From Nemertoderma westbladi (taxonomy: Eukaryota; Animalia; Xenacoelomorpha), in assembly GCA_032718475.1 (NCBI GenBank), contig JAUCBJ010000635.1, positions 1 to 34,492 on the forward strand: a stretch of 34,492 bases of DNA. Direction: 5' to 3'. Below are positions 23,555 to 33,322 of this stretch, in pieces. The position numbers and the translations under genes are program-made. Each line of letters begins with the position of its first letter. The first letter of the stretch is position 1. Below the pieces are notes generated by a model. The model had not been told where the DNA came from. It was given only the letters and a program-made list of their open reading frames with translations, and made no database searches.

Positions 23555-23642
23555 CTAGAGTGGACCTACACGTGCAATGTACACATACTACATAGACTAG
23601 AGTGGACCTACACGTGCAATGTACACATACTACATAGACTAG
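23555..23642 (+). repeat. Perfect 42-bp tandem duplication
   Basis: CTAGAGTGGACCTACACGTGCAATGTACACATACTACATAGA x2, then CTAG. Confidence 0.95.
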
Positions 23643-23739
23643 GCCTATCAAGTTATTGATTGGCTATTGTATCAAGAAGTACATTGTGCACAAAAGTACT
23701 GCTGTTCCGATATACTGATGCTGATCCTTATACTGTTAT

Positions 23740-24300
23740 GGGGCGGATCAATAAAGGACCGTGCCATAATTGCATGCCTACCAGAACTGCAGGACTCACA
23801 GATAGAAACTGCCCTCCTCCGCTCTTGCTTGCCCCAAGGTCGTCTTTGCCCTGCGCTGTTGCCCTCCATCTCTGGTAGTGCAGTATTCCTTGGATTTCGA
23901 CCTCATCATGCGTGACTCCTTGTCTGACCTGGTCGGAGGTTCGCTCTCCGACTGGTCATACAACAAGGCATGCCTTCCAACCGCTATGGGAGGTCTAGGC
24001 CTGCGCAAGGCAACTAACCATGCACCAGCTGCATATGTAGACTCCGTTTGCCAGGCTGGACCCCTTGTTTCCCTCATCCTTGGCCACCAACCAGCCAACC
24101 CACACCTAGATCCTGCCCTAACCTCCCTGTCCACATCTGCAGAGGAGCCCAAGAGGACATCAACCTCCGCTCTTCCTGTCTCCACCACCCAGCAAACCTG
24201 GACATGCCCTTACTGAGGCCGGGAGCGTAAGATCATGGCCCACGCTGAGGAGTGTCACACCTCCGGGGTCGTGTTCACACCATTCGTTTCTGATGTCTCT
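23740..24300 (+). pseudogene. Internally deleted remnant of an RLE-type non-LTR retrotransposon (CRE-like)
   Basis: LQDSQIETALLRSCL / PKVVFALRCCPP...FDLIMRDSLSDLVG...KACLPTAMGGLGLR...APAAY (post-RT thumb LP..GGLG motif, one frameshift), then ERKIMAHAEECHTSGVVFTPFVSD, resembling the end of the restriction-like endonuclease. Confidence 0.75.
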
Positions 24301-25474
24301 TCGTATGTCCTTTCTTATATATATAATCTTATAAATTAATAAAAAATATTGTTACATTGAAAAAAAAATAGTAATACAAACTAGCTCAAAAAAATATACT
24401 GATCTACACTGTGTTCTGCTGTACCTTGTCCTTGGCTGTACCTACAGTATAGACCTACAGTCTGGGTCTCAAAGTGCATCTGTTCTTTGGGATTTTCTCA
24501 AAGTTTTTCTAAAAGTGTCTAAAAGTCATTACATTACTCCCAACGGCCGCTTTGAAATCTTGTAGACACTTTTAGTTAGGAATCTCAAAGTGATTTCCTG
24601 CTTTTAGGCACTTTGAATTCTTTGAGAAATGTCACTTTGGGGTAGTTTGCGGCACTTTTAATTCTTTGAGAAAATAAACTCCGAGGTATTCCTGATTGAC
24701 AGCTCGTGGTAAGTTAACTGAGAGGCAGAGGCATGCTCGGGGAACAATATTATGCGGGCAACAAAGTGATACTTGTGTGCTGGCCAGTTGTTGCATAGAA
24801 GCTATATTCCCATTAATTTATCAAATTGAGGTTCCTGAGGTCATTACGGGATGGGTTTTCGGTCGCAAGTACAAATTGAATTTACGGCACCCTTTCAGGC
24901 AGTCTTTCTAAAAAACATTCATTCAAATAATACATGAAACATAATTAGTGAAACAAGAGTAATGCTTGACAAGATTAAGATTGATTATTTTAATAACATA
25001 ATACAATATCAGATTAACAATTAATATAAGAGAAACTGCACTGTAGTATCTCTGTGTATACGCAGTTTCATTATAATGACCTAAAGAAGCCCTGTTGGGA
25101 GAAAGCTTGTAATAACATTTGTTATTCATTTCATTAGTCACCTCAGGTCAAACCGTACTAACTTAACTGTTTATTTAATATGATAACTATGTTGACGAGA
25201 GCTCGAGAATTCCTTCTTAATAACTAAGAAAGGCTTTCGACTTTCAAGTAGGATAGAACGGCTACAATCTTGTGTTGTTTTAGCTTAATAGAGATATTAA
25301 AATATCCCCTGCCGCTGGCGTTTATATTTGAGCATATTTTAAATGTTGTCTCATATTCAATTGATGTGTACCGCCTTCTGGCAAAGCGGCACCCAGTTTA
25401 AACTATCAATCACAGCTAGTGAGTAGCGACCCACGGACGGCGACCTTCAAACAAACAGGTGCAGAGTCAGAAAG

Positions 25475-26681
25475 GGGTTCGGACACTTCCCCCCCCCCCG
25501 GACAGTTCCCCCCCGCTCAAGTAGGACACTTCCCCCCCGGACACTTACCCCCCAGACACTTCCCCCCCGACTGTTCTTAACTTCGCACATTCGTATTTTT
25601 CATTTTGTAAGGTAAACGGACCGCTTGTATCCAGATAAGTTGTATCCAATTTTCCTTTCGTAGCTCAGAAAGTGATCTTTTGCATCCCGATTTTACATTT
25701 TATATCCAAGTTTTATTTATGGGTTTTATCAATGCAATTACATCGTATTGTTTGCTAATCTTTAAACAATTAATTATATTAGATGACCTATAAATTCCAT
25801 CCCCGGAATGATATACTGTTTTTATTAGCTATATAATTCTAATAATTAATTGTTTTAATTATAGGTATTATTATGTAATAGTCTTCTTCAAATTGTAGCA
25901 GATGGGGATGAATATTATTGTTGCAATCAAAACTATACCTCTCCAGGGTAAAATCGACATGCGTCGACCTGTATTCTGTGTTCAGCATTACATATTGATA
26001 TATATATTACTACTATACATACTATATAGATATTATACACACTACATATTCAATTTCCTGGTTAATTGCAATATTTTTAATAGAATTTTGTTGAATTATA
26101 AATATTGTAGTAATTAATATATTAAATTGGTTAACATTCAATACAGCTCCTACTTTAGGCTTAGTCAATTTATTATCTGATGATACAAACATGAATTAAT
26201 TATTTCAAAGTGGCCTTAAGTCTTTCACCACGTGCACTCAGGGAAATGCCGGGGTCTGGGGGCGATAACCCCCAAGAAAAGAAGCGGGAGTTTGGGGGCG
26301 GTAGCCCCCAACAAAAGAAGCGGGGGTTTGGGGGCGGCAGCCCCCAAGAAAAGAAGCGGGGGTTTGGGGACGGCAGCCCCCAATTAAAAGAAATTAAAAG
26401 AATTAAAGGAATTAAAAGAAAAACAAACAAAATTTGACTATAAAAATGTTTCTTTTATAATTTTGAAAAAACTTGCCTAGATACAACTTGTCCTGTAACC
26501 ATCTTTAACTTTTGTTTATTGCTTTGATGCACCCAGATTAATTTTAACACCTTAACTGGGGGGGAAGTGTCCGGGGGGAAGTGTCCGGGGGGGAAGTGTC
26601 CTACTTGGGCGGGGGGAAGTGTCCGGGGGGGGGGGGGGGGAAGTGTCCGGGGGGGGGCCGGGGGGGAAGTGTCCTAGATCC
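25475..26681. mobile_element. Mutator-like (MULE) non-autonomous element (1207 bp)
   Basis: Perfect 9-bp TSD GTCAGAAAG (25466-25474, 26682-26690); GG-initiated TIRs of about 100 bp built from GGACACTTCCCCCCC repeats, mirrored as GGGGGGAAGTGTCC. Confidence 0.92.
26250..26382 (+). repeat. 36-bp GC-rich tandem repeat with hairpin GGGGG-CGGCAG-CCCCC (about 3.5 copies)
   Basis: Unit CCCAAGAAAAGAAGCGGGGGTTTGGGGGCGGCAGCC. Confidence 0.9.
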
Positions 26682-27108
26682 GTCAGAAAGAACTGTCACA
26701 TGCTTTGCTTGGCTTGTGGTACCATTTGATTATATAATAGATTTTGGCAGACTGGGCGGTCGCTCTGACCATATGCATTGCGCACCAACAATGCCTAAAA
26801 CATCTATGGGAACAGCCAATTAGTGCGCTTGAATCATTTATCTTTATTCCTGCCTCTATCGTTATTCTTTACTTTGTATAACACAATTTACAGTGCGGCA
26901 AAGTATGGCTGGTTGACCATTGAAATGCATTGGTGGTAAAGGTTTTCAACGTTCACGTGGGCTAAACAAATTTAAACAGTACAGTTTTAGCACTATACAT
27001 TAATATAGATAGGGCAACAGACAAACTGTCTATGACACAAATACCAACACATTCCGATAGCCCGCAATTATGGCGTCTCTAAAGAGTCCAAATATAAATT
27101 AATAAAAT

Positions 27109-27505
27109 CCTCTATGAAACAATAAAAATACCTACAAAAAATACTGCTGTATTAAATAATAGTTACTGCAGTAAGATAATATAACAATTACTGCAGTAAC
27201 AAATATTTATTACTGCAGTAATAAATATTTATTACTGCAGTAATAAATATTTATTACTGCAGTAACAAATATTTATTACTGCAGTAACAAATATTTATTA
27301 CTGCAATAATAATCAATATTAATAAATTAATAAATAATTGAATAAAAATTTATACTGCAGTAACAAATTATTTGTTGTGAATTATTTTTTATTACTGCAG
27401 AAAAAGACAATTTTTTATTACTGCAGTAAGTTTAATTCTTACTTTCAGTAACAAATATTTATTACTGCAGTATTTTTTGGAGGCATCTTTATTGTTTCAT
27501 AGAGG
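27109..27505. mobile_element. Palindromic MITE with internal 22-bp tandem array
   Basis: TIR CCTCTATGAAACAATAAA(A/G)AT(A/G)CCT(A/C)CAAAAAATACTGC at both ends; internal (TTACTGCAGTAA(C/T)AAATATTTA)n; TSD unclear. Confidence 0.85.
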
Positions 27506-28590
27506 TTTTTCTTTCTTATATTTTACCCTATAGTCAAAGTCAATATACCCCATACCATAGCCAGCTTCAGGCAGGACTGTATGAAATGACTGACAAAGTA
27601 CTACTTTGAAATCTTTGAGGACACTTTGTCATTTTCTTGGACCACTTTTAGAAATTTGAGACACTTTTAGTTCTTTGAGAAAATCTCAAAGAACAGATGC
27701 AATTTGAGACCCCGACTGTATGCATGCAATGTACTGTACAGTACACTCGACAATCGAGTTATGTTCTTCACATTTCCACTGGTCATTTGGACAACTTGTA
27801 GACATTTTTTCAAAGTTGATCAAAATCAGATCAAGAAAATGCAGTCAGGTCGAGTCAGGTCTAGAATGTGGACTGTATGACAGCTAAACGAGGTAAAATG
27901 ATGCATAATAGCAACATAATTGTACAGTAAATATAACTGTTAGTATATGAAGCAAGTTTCAAAAAAATGTAAAAAAAAAATGTGTTTGAAGTCCCAACGC
28001 ACCTTAAATGGAACATTTCACTTTGCTGCTGTATTAAACATTGTTAAATAAAAATTTGAAAGCTAAAACTGATAAAAATGATTAACATAGCATCATTCAG
28101 GCCAACAGGAAAGCTAATTTTCGAAAAATTTTGACCACCCCACATCTCATAATTTTAAGATTCAAAAAGACACCTAAATTTTTCAAAAATGGGACTTTTC
28201 AACAGGCAATTTCCAGTTTTGAAATTGATAAAATTTGGTCAAGTAAGGTGTCATTATGTGAGGAAACATGTAATTTACTCATATCAAAAAAAAAATATCG
28301 TTTTTTTCCAAGCAGCAGCCACCCATGTCTCTCTAAATACCATGTTCCATTTAAGGTGCAATGGGCGTTAAACGGTTAACGAAGGGCTGAATATAACCAA
28401 ACAATTACTGAATTAACGAATTAGAATCCTGTTCTGTAAAGGATATATATATATATAAGATAGAAATAAGCGCTAAAAATACAAGTTCTTCAAATGGAGT
28501 TTCGACCGAAAGGTGATTGAATACCTGCTATTGGGCGTACAAAATACTCACTTAAGGTGTAACTGTAAGGGCTGTATCGTATCAGCTTAC

Positions 28591-28737
28591 CTGTTTACTG
28601 GGGGCTATTTGATTTCGGGCACCGCCGACTATTTTATTCACAGCACGGGTTCCCACGACGATAGGCGTTACCAACGCCTGCGGCATATTACGAAATATTC
28701 CACCGACAGCAGTCGGAAGGCCTCCATCTTCGTGTTC
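28591..28737 (-). CDS. ATG2: ATG2 penultimate coding exon (ATG_C terminal region); upstream exons probably beyond the right edge
   Basis: Acceptor TTGTTTCTATTCAG| and donor CAG|GTAAG; 147 nt, phase 0-0. Encodes EHEDGGLPTAVGGIFRNMPQALVTPIVVGTRAVNKIVGGARNQIAPSKQ, aligning by recall with the ATG2A/B C-terminus (EHE..G..GAVG.V.RQ.P..VVKP...ATEA....LGG.RNQI.P). Confidence 0.9.
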
Positions 28738-30054
28738 CTGAATAGAAACAATGAAAACGGAATAATATAGACTTTATATTAATATAATACTTATATTACA
28801 GTACCGTATAATTTTATACCAGTGGCGTTACTTACTACAATTAATCAGGTTTTAACATCAGGTGTTGATGACTCTGATGAGCTGTCATAATTCCTGCATC
28901 GTGCCATGGCTATGGTACAACACGTTCTTTACAAAGTAAAACTTAGTAAAGAAAGCCTTGCTATCTATGGTATAACTGTATAATGAGAGAACAGGCTTAT
29001 CGTTCCGCAATGTTTGATTATTTTATGCTACTGTTGTTCTAGGCTATATTGAAAGTATATTTTACAGTTCTAAGTACCGGGTACTGAAGTAGGTCGATAA
29101 TACTGTAATAATAGTCTTTGGCAGTTTGGGATTGGATAGATGCCAGTACCCGGCAGGCCGGTCTGCCTCACTGCCGGTACCGTACTTTGTATCTTCCTGA
29201 TAGGCTTGCTCTGGCTCTGATACTGGTCAAGCTCAAGGTTGCATGGCATTATTATACTATTCGTTACTACAGTACTATGACAGTACAGCAGTATGTCCAA
29301 GGCTCAAGGCAGTTACCTGGTTACCGGTAGCTCTTTGCATAGCCGTGTGCCCGTCGTCAGCCCTTGTCGATTGGTACCATACCAGCAATTGCCTGACCGG
29401 CATAGGCCTACTTTAAGGAAGCAGAGTCAGGTAGCGAAGGGTGAGGTAGGCCTACTGAGGTCAGAGGTAGGACTGTCTGACTGTAGGACAACAGCCTGAC
29501 AGCTGAACAGGACAAGACAATATTCTGAATATCATTAATTCCGTAATTCCTGATTACCGTACCGCTACCGGTCTGGTCAGCCGGTAGCGGAATATGCTGC
29601 ATTCAGGACAGTAGGAGCAGAGGAGGGTGGGCCCCTGTGCCTGTCTGCCTGTGCTGTATTTGGTATTTAAGCAGTCTGCCAGTGCCGGCGTGCAAACGTG
29701 GTGTACCGATCAGCCGATGGTTGGCAGTTGGTCTTGGCTGCTTGGTCAGTTGGTAGTACTGTAGTATCTTATTACTGTATTATCAATTATATTATTGTAA
29801 TACAGCAGTACACCTACACCCAGACACCAGGCAGCCAGGAGTACAGTAGGCCTACTGCAGTAGGCCTAACAGCTGAACAGAGTTAGGCACTTAGGAATTG
29901 TACTGTTGTACGGCAGTACGGCAGTACAGCGCGAATCCGATAAGCATTCCAACTACAGAACTACCTGACTACGGTAGGTAATAAACTGATAAAGCCTCCA
30001 ACTGTCCAATCTGCCAATGCCAGAATGCATTCTGGCATTGGTTATACAGTTCAG

Positions 30055-30470
30055 TAGGGAACATACCCTTAAATAAGCTCCAAAAGTGGGTTCTTATTTA
30101 AGGAAAATGGCTCTTATTTAGGGGTTTTTGGGCCTTTTTTGGATATTTTTTCGACATAATATGCAAGAACTTGTTTCAGTAAAAAATACCGCATAATTTT
30201 ATTTCACAATATAAAAGTTGGTTCTTTCTTGAACATAATGCAAAAAACCAGAAAACATTTCACCGTCCGGTTTTTTTTCTACAAGCGTTTTAAAATTGCA
30301 TCAAAAATACGACCAGTTCATAAATAAGAGGGATTTTTTAAATTTACCTTATTTAAGACATCGAAATTGTACACATAAATACTAAAAGTCCTTAAATAAG
30401 AACTTTTTGACATGGGTTTCTTATTTAGGTATACAATTTCATTCCAAAATATGCATACTCCTTAAATAAA
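30055..30470. mobile_element. Degenerate MITE with CTTAAATAAG/CTTATTTAAG subterminal repeats
   Basis: Starts TAGGGAACATACCCTTAAATAAG; the motif is repeated in both orientations at 30068-30122 and 30347-30470; right terminus decayed. Confidence 0.5.
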
Positions 30471-30944
30471 TTAAATATTTCTCATTTCTCATATATTAAA
30501 TTAAATAAATTAAATAAATTAAATTCCTTATATAGCAGTCAGGGAGATCATCAAATTTGAGAATACCTCAAATTTCAAATTATAGACCCAATTTTGGAAT
30601 TACCTCAAATTTAATACAAGGTTAGGTTAATTCTCTAAATTTGAGTTATACCCCAAATTTGAATTTTATAGCAGCATAGTCAGATACAGACAGAAGTCAT
30701 AGTTGCCCTAGTTCAGTAGTTGTTAGCTTGTTACTGTATTGCAAAGGTAAAAAAATAAACTGATGTAGGCCTAGGGTAGTGTCTGAGTGTTGTGAAATAT
30801 AATATTTAAAACATATTCAGTAATAGTTTAAAAAGGCTTATACCGGTACCGGTACTTAAAAAGGCTACTGGTAGGGGTGCAGTGGGGTGGCTGATCAGAT
30901 GGTAGACATATAAAACGAAGTACAAAGCTTAAAGAACTTATATT

Positions 30945-31660
30945 TTTATATTGTTACTTTTTTGCTTGAATATGCCCTAAAATCGGGAGAAAAAGTAGTA
31001 GGCCTACTTTTTTTCCCCATTAGTAGGGAAAAAGTTCTCCAAATAATATCTGAATATTGTAACTTTTTGTTGGGCACAGCTTTTGCAAAGTCGGCAACAC
31101 AGCAACCTGCTGCAATAATATTGAATAATATTGCCACATAATACTGTAATAATCTGATAATGCACCATAGAGCCATAATTTTGCATTGATTTTACTTTTT
31201 CTCCCGGTAAAAAAAGTAAAATAAAACATTGGCACTTGTGTCAAATAGGGCTGTAGGAGACCCTCCTAGCTCCTATTCTGCTAATCCTGAAATCACCAAA
31301 ACTAAAGTCACTTTCACAGTGTCCGGTTACAGGGTTAGCAAAGGAGCAGGTTACAGAGGTGAGTTGAAAGTAACCAAAAAACAATAAACAAGAGTTAGGA
31401 ATATTGATATCACCTGCACTAAATTTCAGCATTAGCTGGTGATTTCAGGATTAGCAGATTAGGAGGGTCACCTATTTGATTTGACACAAGTGCCAAAATA
31501 TTTTTGGTGGAATTTCTAAAATTTCATTGAAAGTGTTATCAAAATTTTTGATCGAAATGTATATGTACAATCATTTCGTAATGTTAAAATTTTGGAATAA
31601 AAAGCAAAATCCATCCCTACACACTATCGACTATTGCAATGCAACTTTAGTGCCTGCAAG
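30945..31660 (-). repeat. Dispersed repeat copy 2 (inverted relative to 22710-22975), interrupted by a MITE
   Basis: See copy 1. It also contains an approximately 40-bp segment (31561-31603) near-identical to 11593-11633. Confidence 0.8.
31231..31494. mobile_element. 264-bp MITE with GG termini and 8-bp TSD (Merlin- or Mutator-like)
   Basis: TIR GGCACTTGTGTCAAAT plus inner inverted blocks ACCCTCCTA and TCTGCTAATCCTGAAATCACCA; TSD AAAACATT/AAAATATT (7/8). The paralogous repeat at about 22835 shows the empty site with one AAAATATT. Confidence 0.85.
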
Positions 31661-33134
31661 GTTTACTCCAGAAATGAGATAAAGCCTCGAGAATAGGTTG
31701 GTGAAAAAGGTTATACTTGCCCAAGTTATAAATGATTCGGGTTCCTCATAAGGTCAATTTATAAGGTCAATTTGGCCTTTGCTTCATAACTTTATATATA
31801 TGGCCAGGTCATGATTGCATTGGATGTCTGGTTGGGATATTATGTTGCACATTGTTGTAATGGGGGATCAGGTTTAGTTCTTTACATATAAGTTTAAAGC
31901 ACATTATCAAATTGAACTTTAATTGATGTATTATTGTATACTGCAGTAGGTGGTGGTTCCAACTTTAGAGTCTCCAGTTGCCAGTCATATAGAATAACTA
32001 ACAGAAGAATCAAGTCCACATATATTGTATAAACCACATCAACCTGTCAACCTTTGCAGCAACATTTGTCTGGGCTCCAAGTCCAAACTGATGGTACAGT
32101 ATTTCAATTGACAGATAGAGCTAGGGCAGGCGAATATTACATAAGTCTTCAGGCTATCAGGAGAGGAATGGCTTGGCTTCATTTGATATACAAAGTTTTA
32201 AAGAGGACATCAACAACCAGAAAACATATTTTTTTTCCGAAGATGTGTGATATGAATGATGAACAGAACAGATGAATGCCAGAATATGTAAACTTCCAAA
32301 TTCTGGAATTGATTCAACATCCACAAGATATAGTAGGTCTTCCTGAGTCTGTGACTGTGCAGCTGTGTGAGCTTGAATCTCGCAACAGTGAGGATTTGGT
32401 CTACTGTTCTTCTTACCAACAGTAAGTCTGTAAGGATAGCAAATTTCTCTAGTCTTCTGCATTTTTCTCACCAATCACTAACGGAGTTAACAATCATTAA
32501 AGTTATTGACTGTAAGTTACTGTGCTGTAAGGTTAAGCCTACCCTGCATACATGTCATGTCACAGGTTACACTGGTCACTCATTCTCTCCAAGCTCTATA
32601 AGCACTAAGCAGCAAAGCCTACTGCTACACCCTACTGCTGACAGGCTGAGTAGTGTCTACATCATTGTCCAGAATAGGGTGTTTCCCTTCACTTCTATGG
32701 GGCTTTCTATTATTCCTACCTGTCCCAAATACGTTGTGTAATGATTTCCAACCTGTCCAATATAGGGGCATCCAATCAAATAATCATATGAGTCAACTCC
32801 TCGTCATCGGACCAATACCAACATTCCTAAAGTTAGGCATCTCGCTTATTGGCTATATAATGTAAAGGTTAATGGAAAATTCCACTGATATATAATCCAA
32901 GTGTCAGCTACGAATCCGGGGCTCATTATAACAACCTATACTGGACAGAGCAACGTATTTGGGACAAGAGCTGGTTGAGGTATATGTACAGTGGAAATTC
33001 CCATTCTAAATAAGGGCATTTGGAATACATGTTCCCTAGTTATGGTTAAAGATATACTGTGGGCGCCTTGCAAATGGCCTGTAAGACTGTGATGCATTAT
33101 AGGCTATAGTGTCACCATAGTCACGTTATTTCAT

Positions 33135-33227
33135 TTCATGTTGTGCAATTTATTCATATTGTGCAATTTATTCATGTTGTGCAAATTTATTCATTGTGCA
33201 ATTTATTCATGTGGTGCAATTTATTCA
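33135..33227 (+). repeat. 18-bp tandem repeat (TTTATTCATGTTGTGCAA) x about 5
   Basis: Directly visible imperfect copies. Confidence 0.9.
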
Positions 33228-33322
33228 CATATAATAAATCTAAATACATTCGTATAATAATAATTAAATGACAATCAAATTAGTGATATCGCATCGCAAC
33301 CTCCTCCCCCAGACTCAACTTC

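Larger units (their letters stand above)
24458..27718. mobile_element. Non-autonomous Tc1/mariner-pogo-type element (3261 bp) nested in the piggyBac
   Basis: TA flanks (24456-24457, 27719-27720); about 46-bp TIR CAGTC(T/G)GGGTCTCAAA(G/T)TGCATCTGTTCTTTG(G/A)GATTTTCTCAAAG with 3 mismatches; subterminal CACTTT/CTTTGAG repeats. Confidence 0.9.
23019..28375. mobile_element. Non-autonomous piggyBac-like element (5357 bp including nested insertions)
   Basis: TTAA at 23015-23018 and 28376-28379; perfect 14-bp TIR CCGTTTAACGCCCA; subterminal motif ATGTTCCATTTAAGGTGC at 23151, 28342 and inverted at about 27993-28016. Confidence 0.9.

Noticed and set aside
26200-26823. Repeat-peptide ORFs (GGGSPQEKKRGF; GGGKCP)
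   Set aside because: Translations of the 36-bp repeat and the MULE TIR.
22670-31710. A single 9-kb transposon with long TIRs
   Set aside because: The two arms enclose a host ATG2 exon and no TSD is visible; two independent insertions are more parsimonious.
31780-32870. Further ATG2 exons or a decayed LINE endonuclease on the minus strand
   Set aside because: GIGPM at about 32810 resembles ATG2 GVGPM but is followed by a stop within four codons; the LINE-like hints (PTR, DLA) are too fragmentary to call.
30055-33038. hAT element defined by TAGGGAACAT...ATGTTCCCTA
   Set aside because: Only a 10-bp match, and the flanks (CAGTTCAG vs GTTATGGT) are not a TSD.
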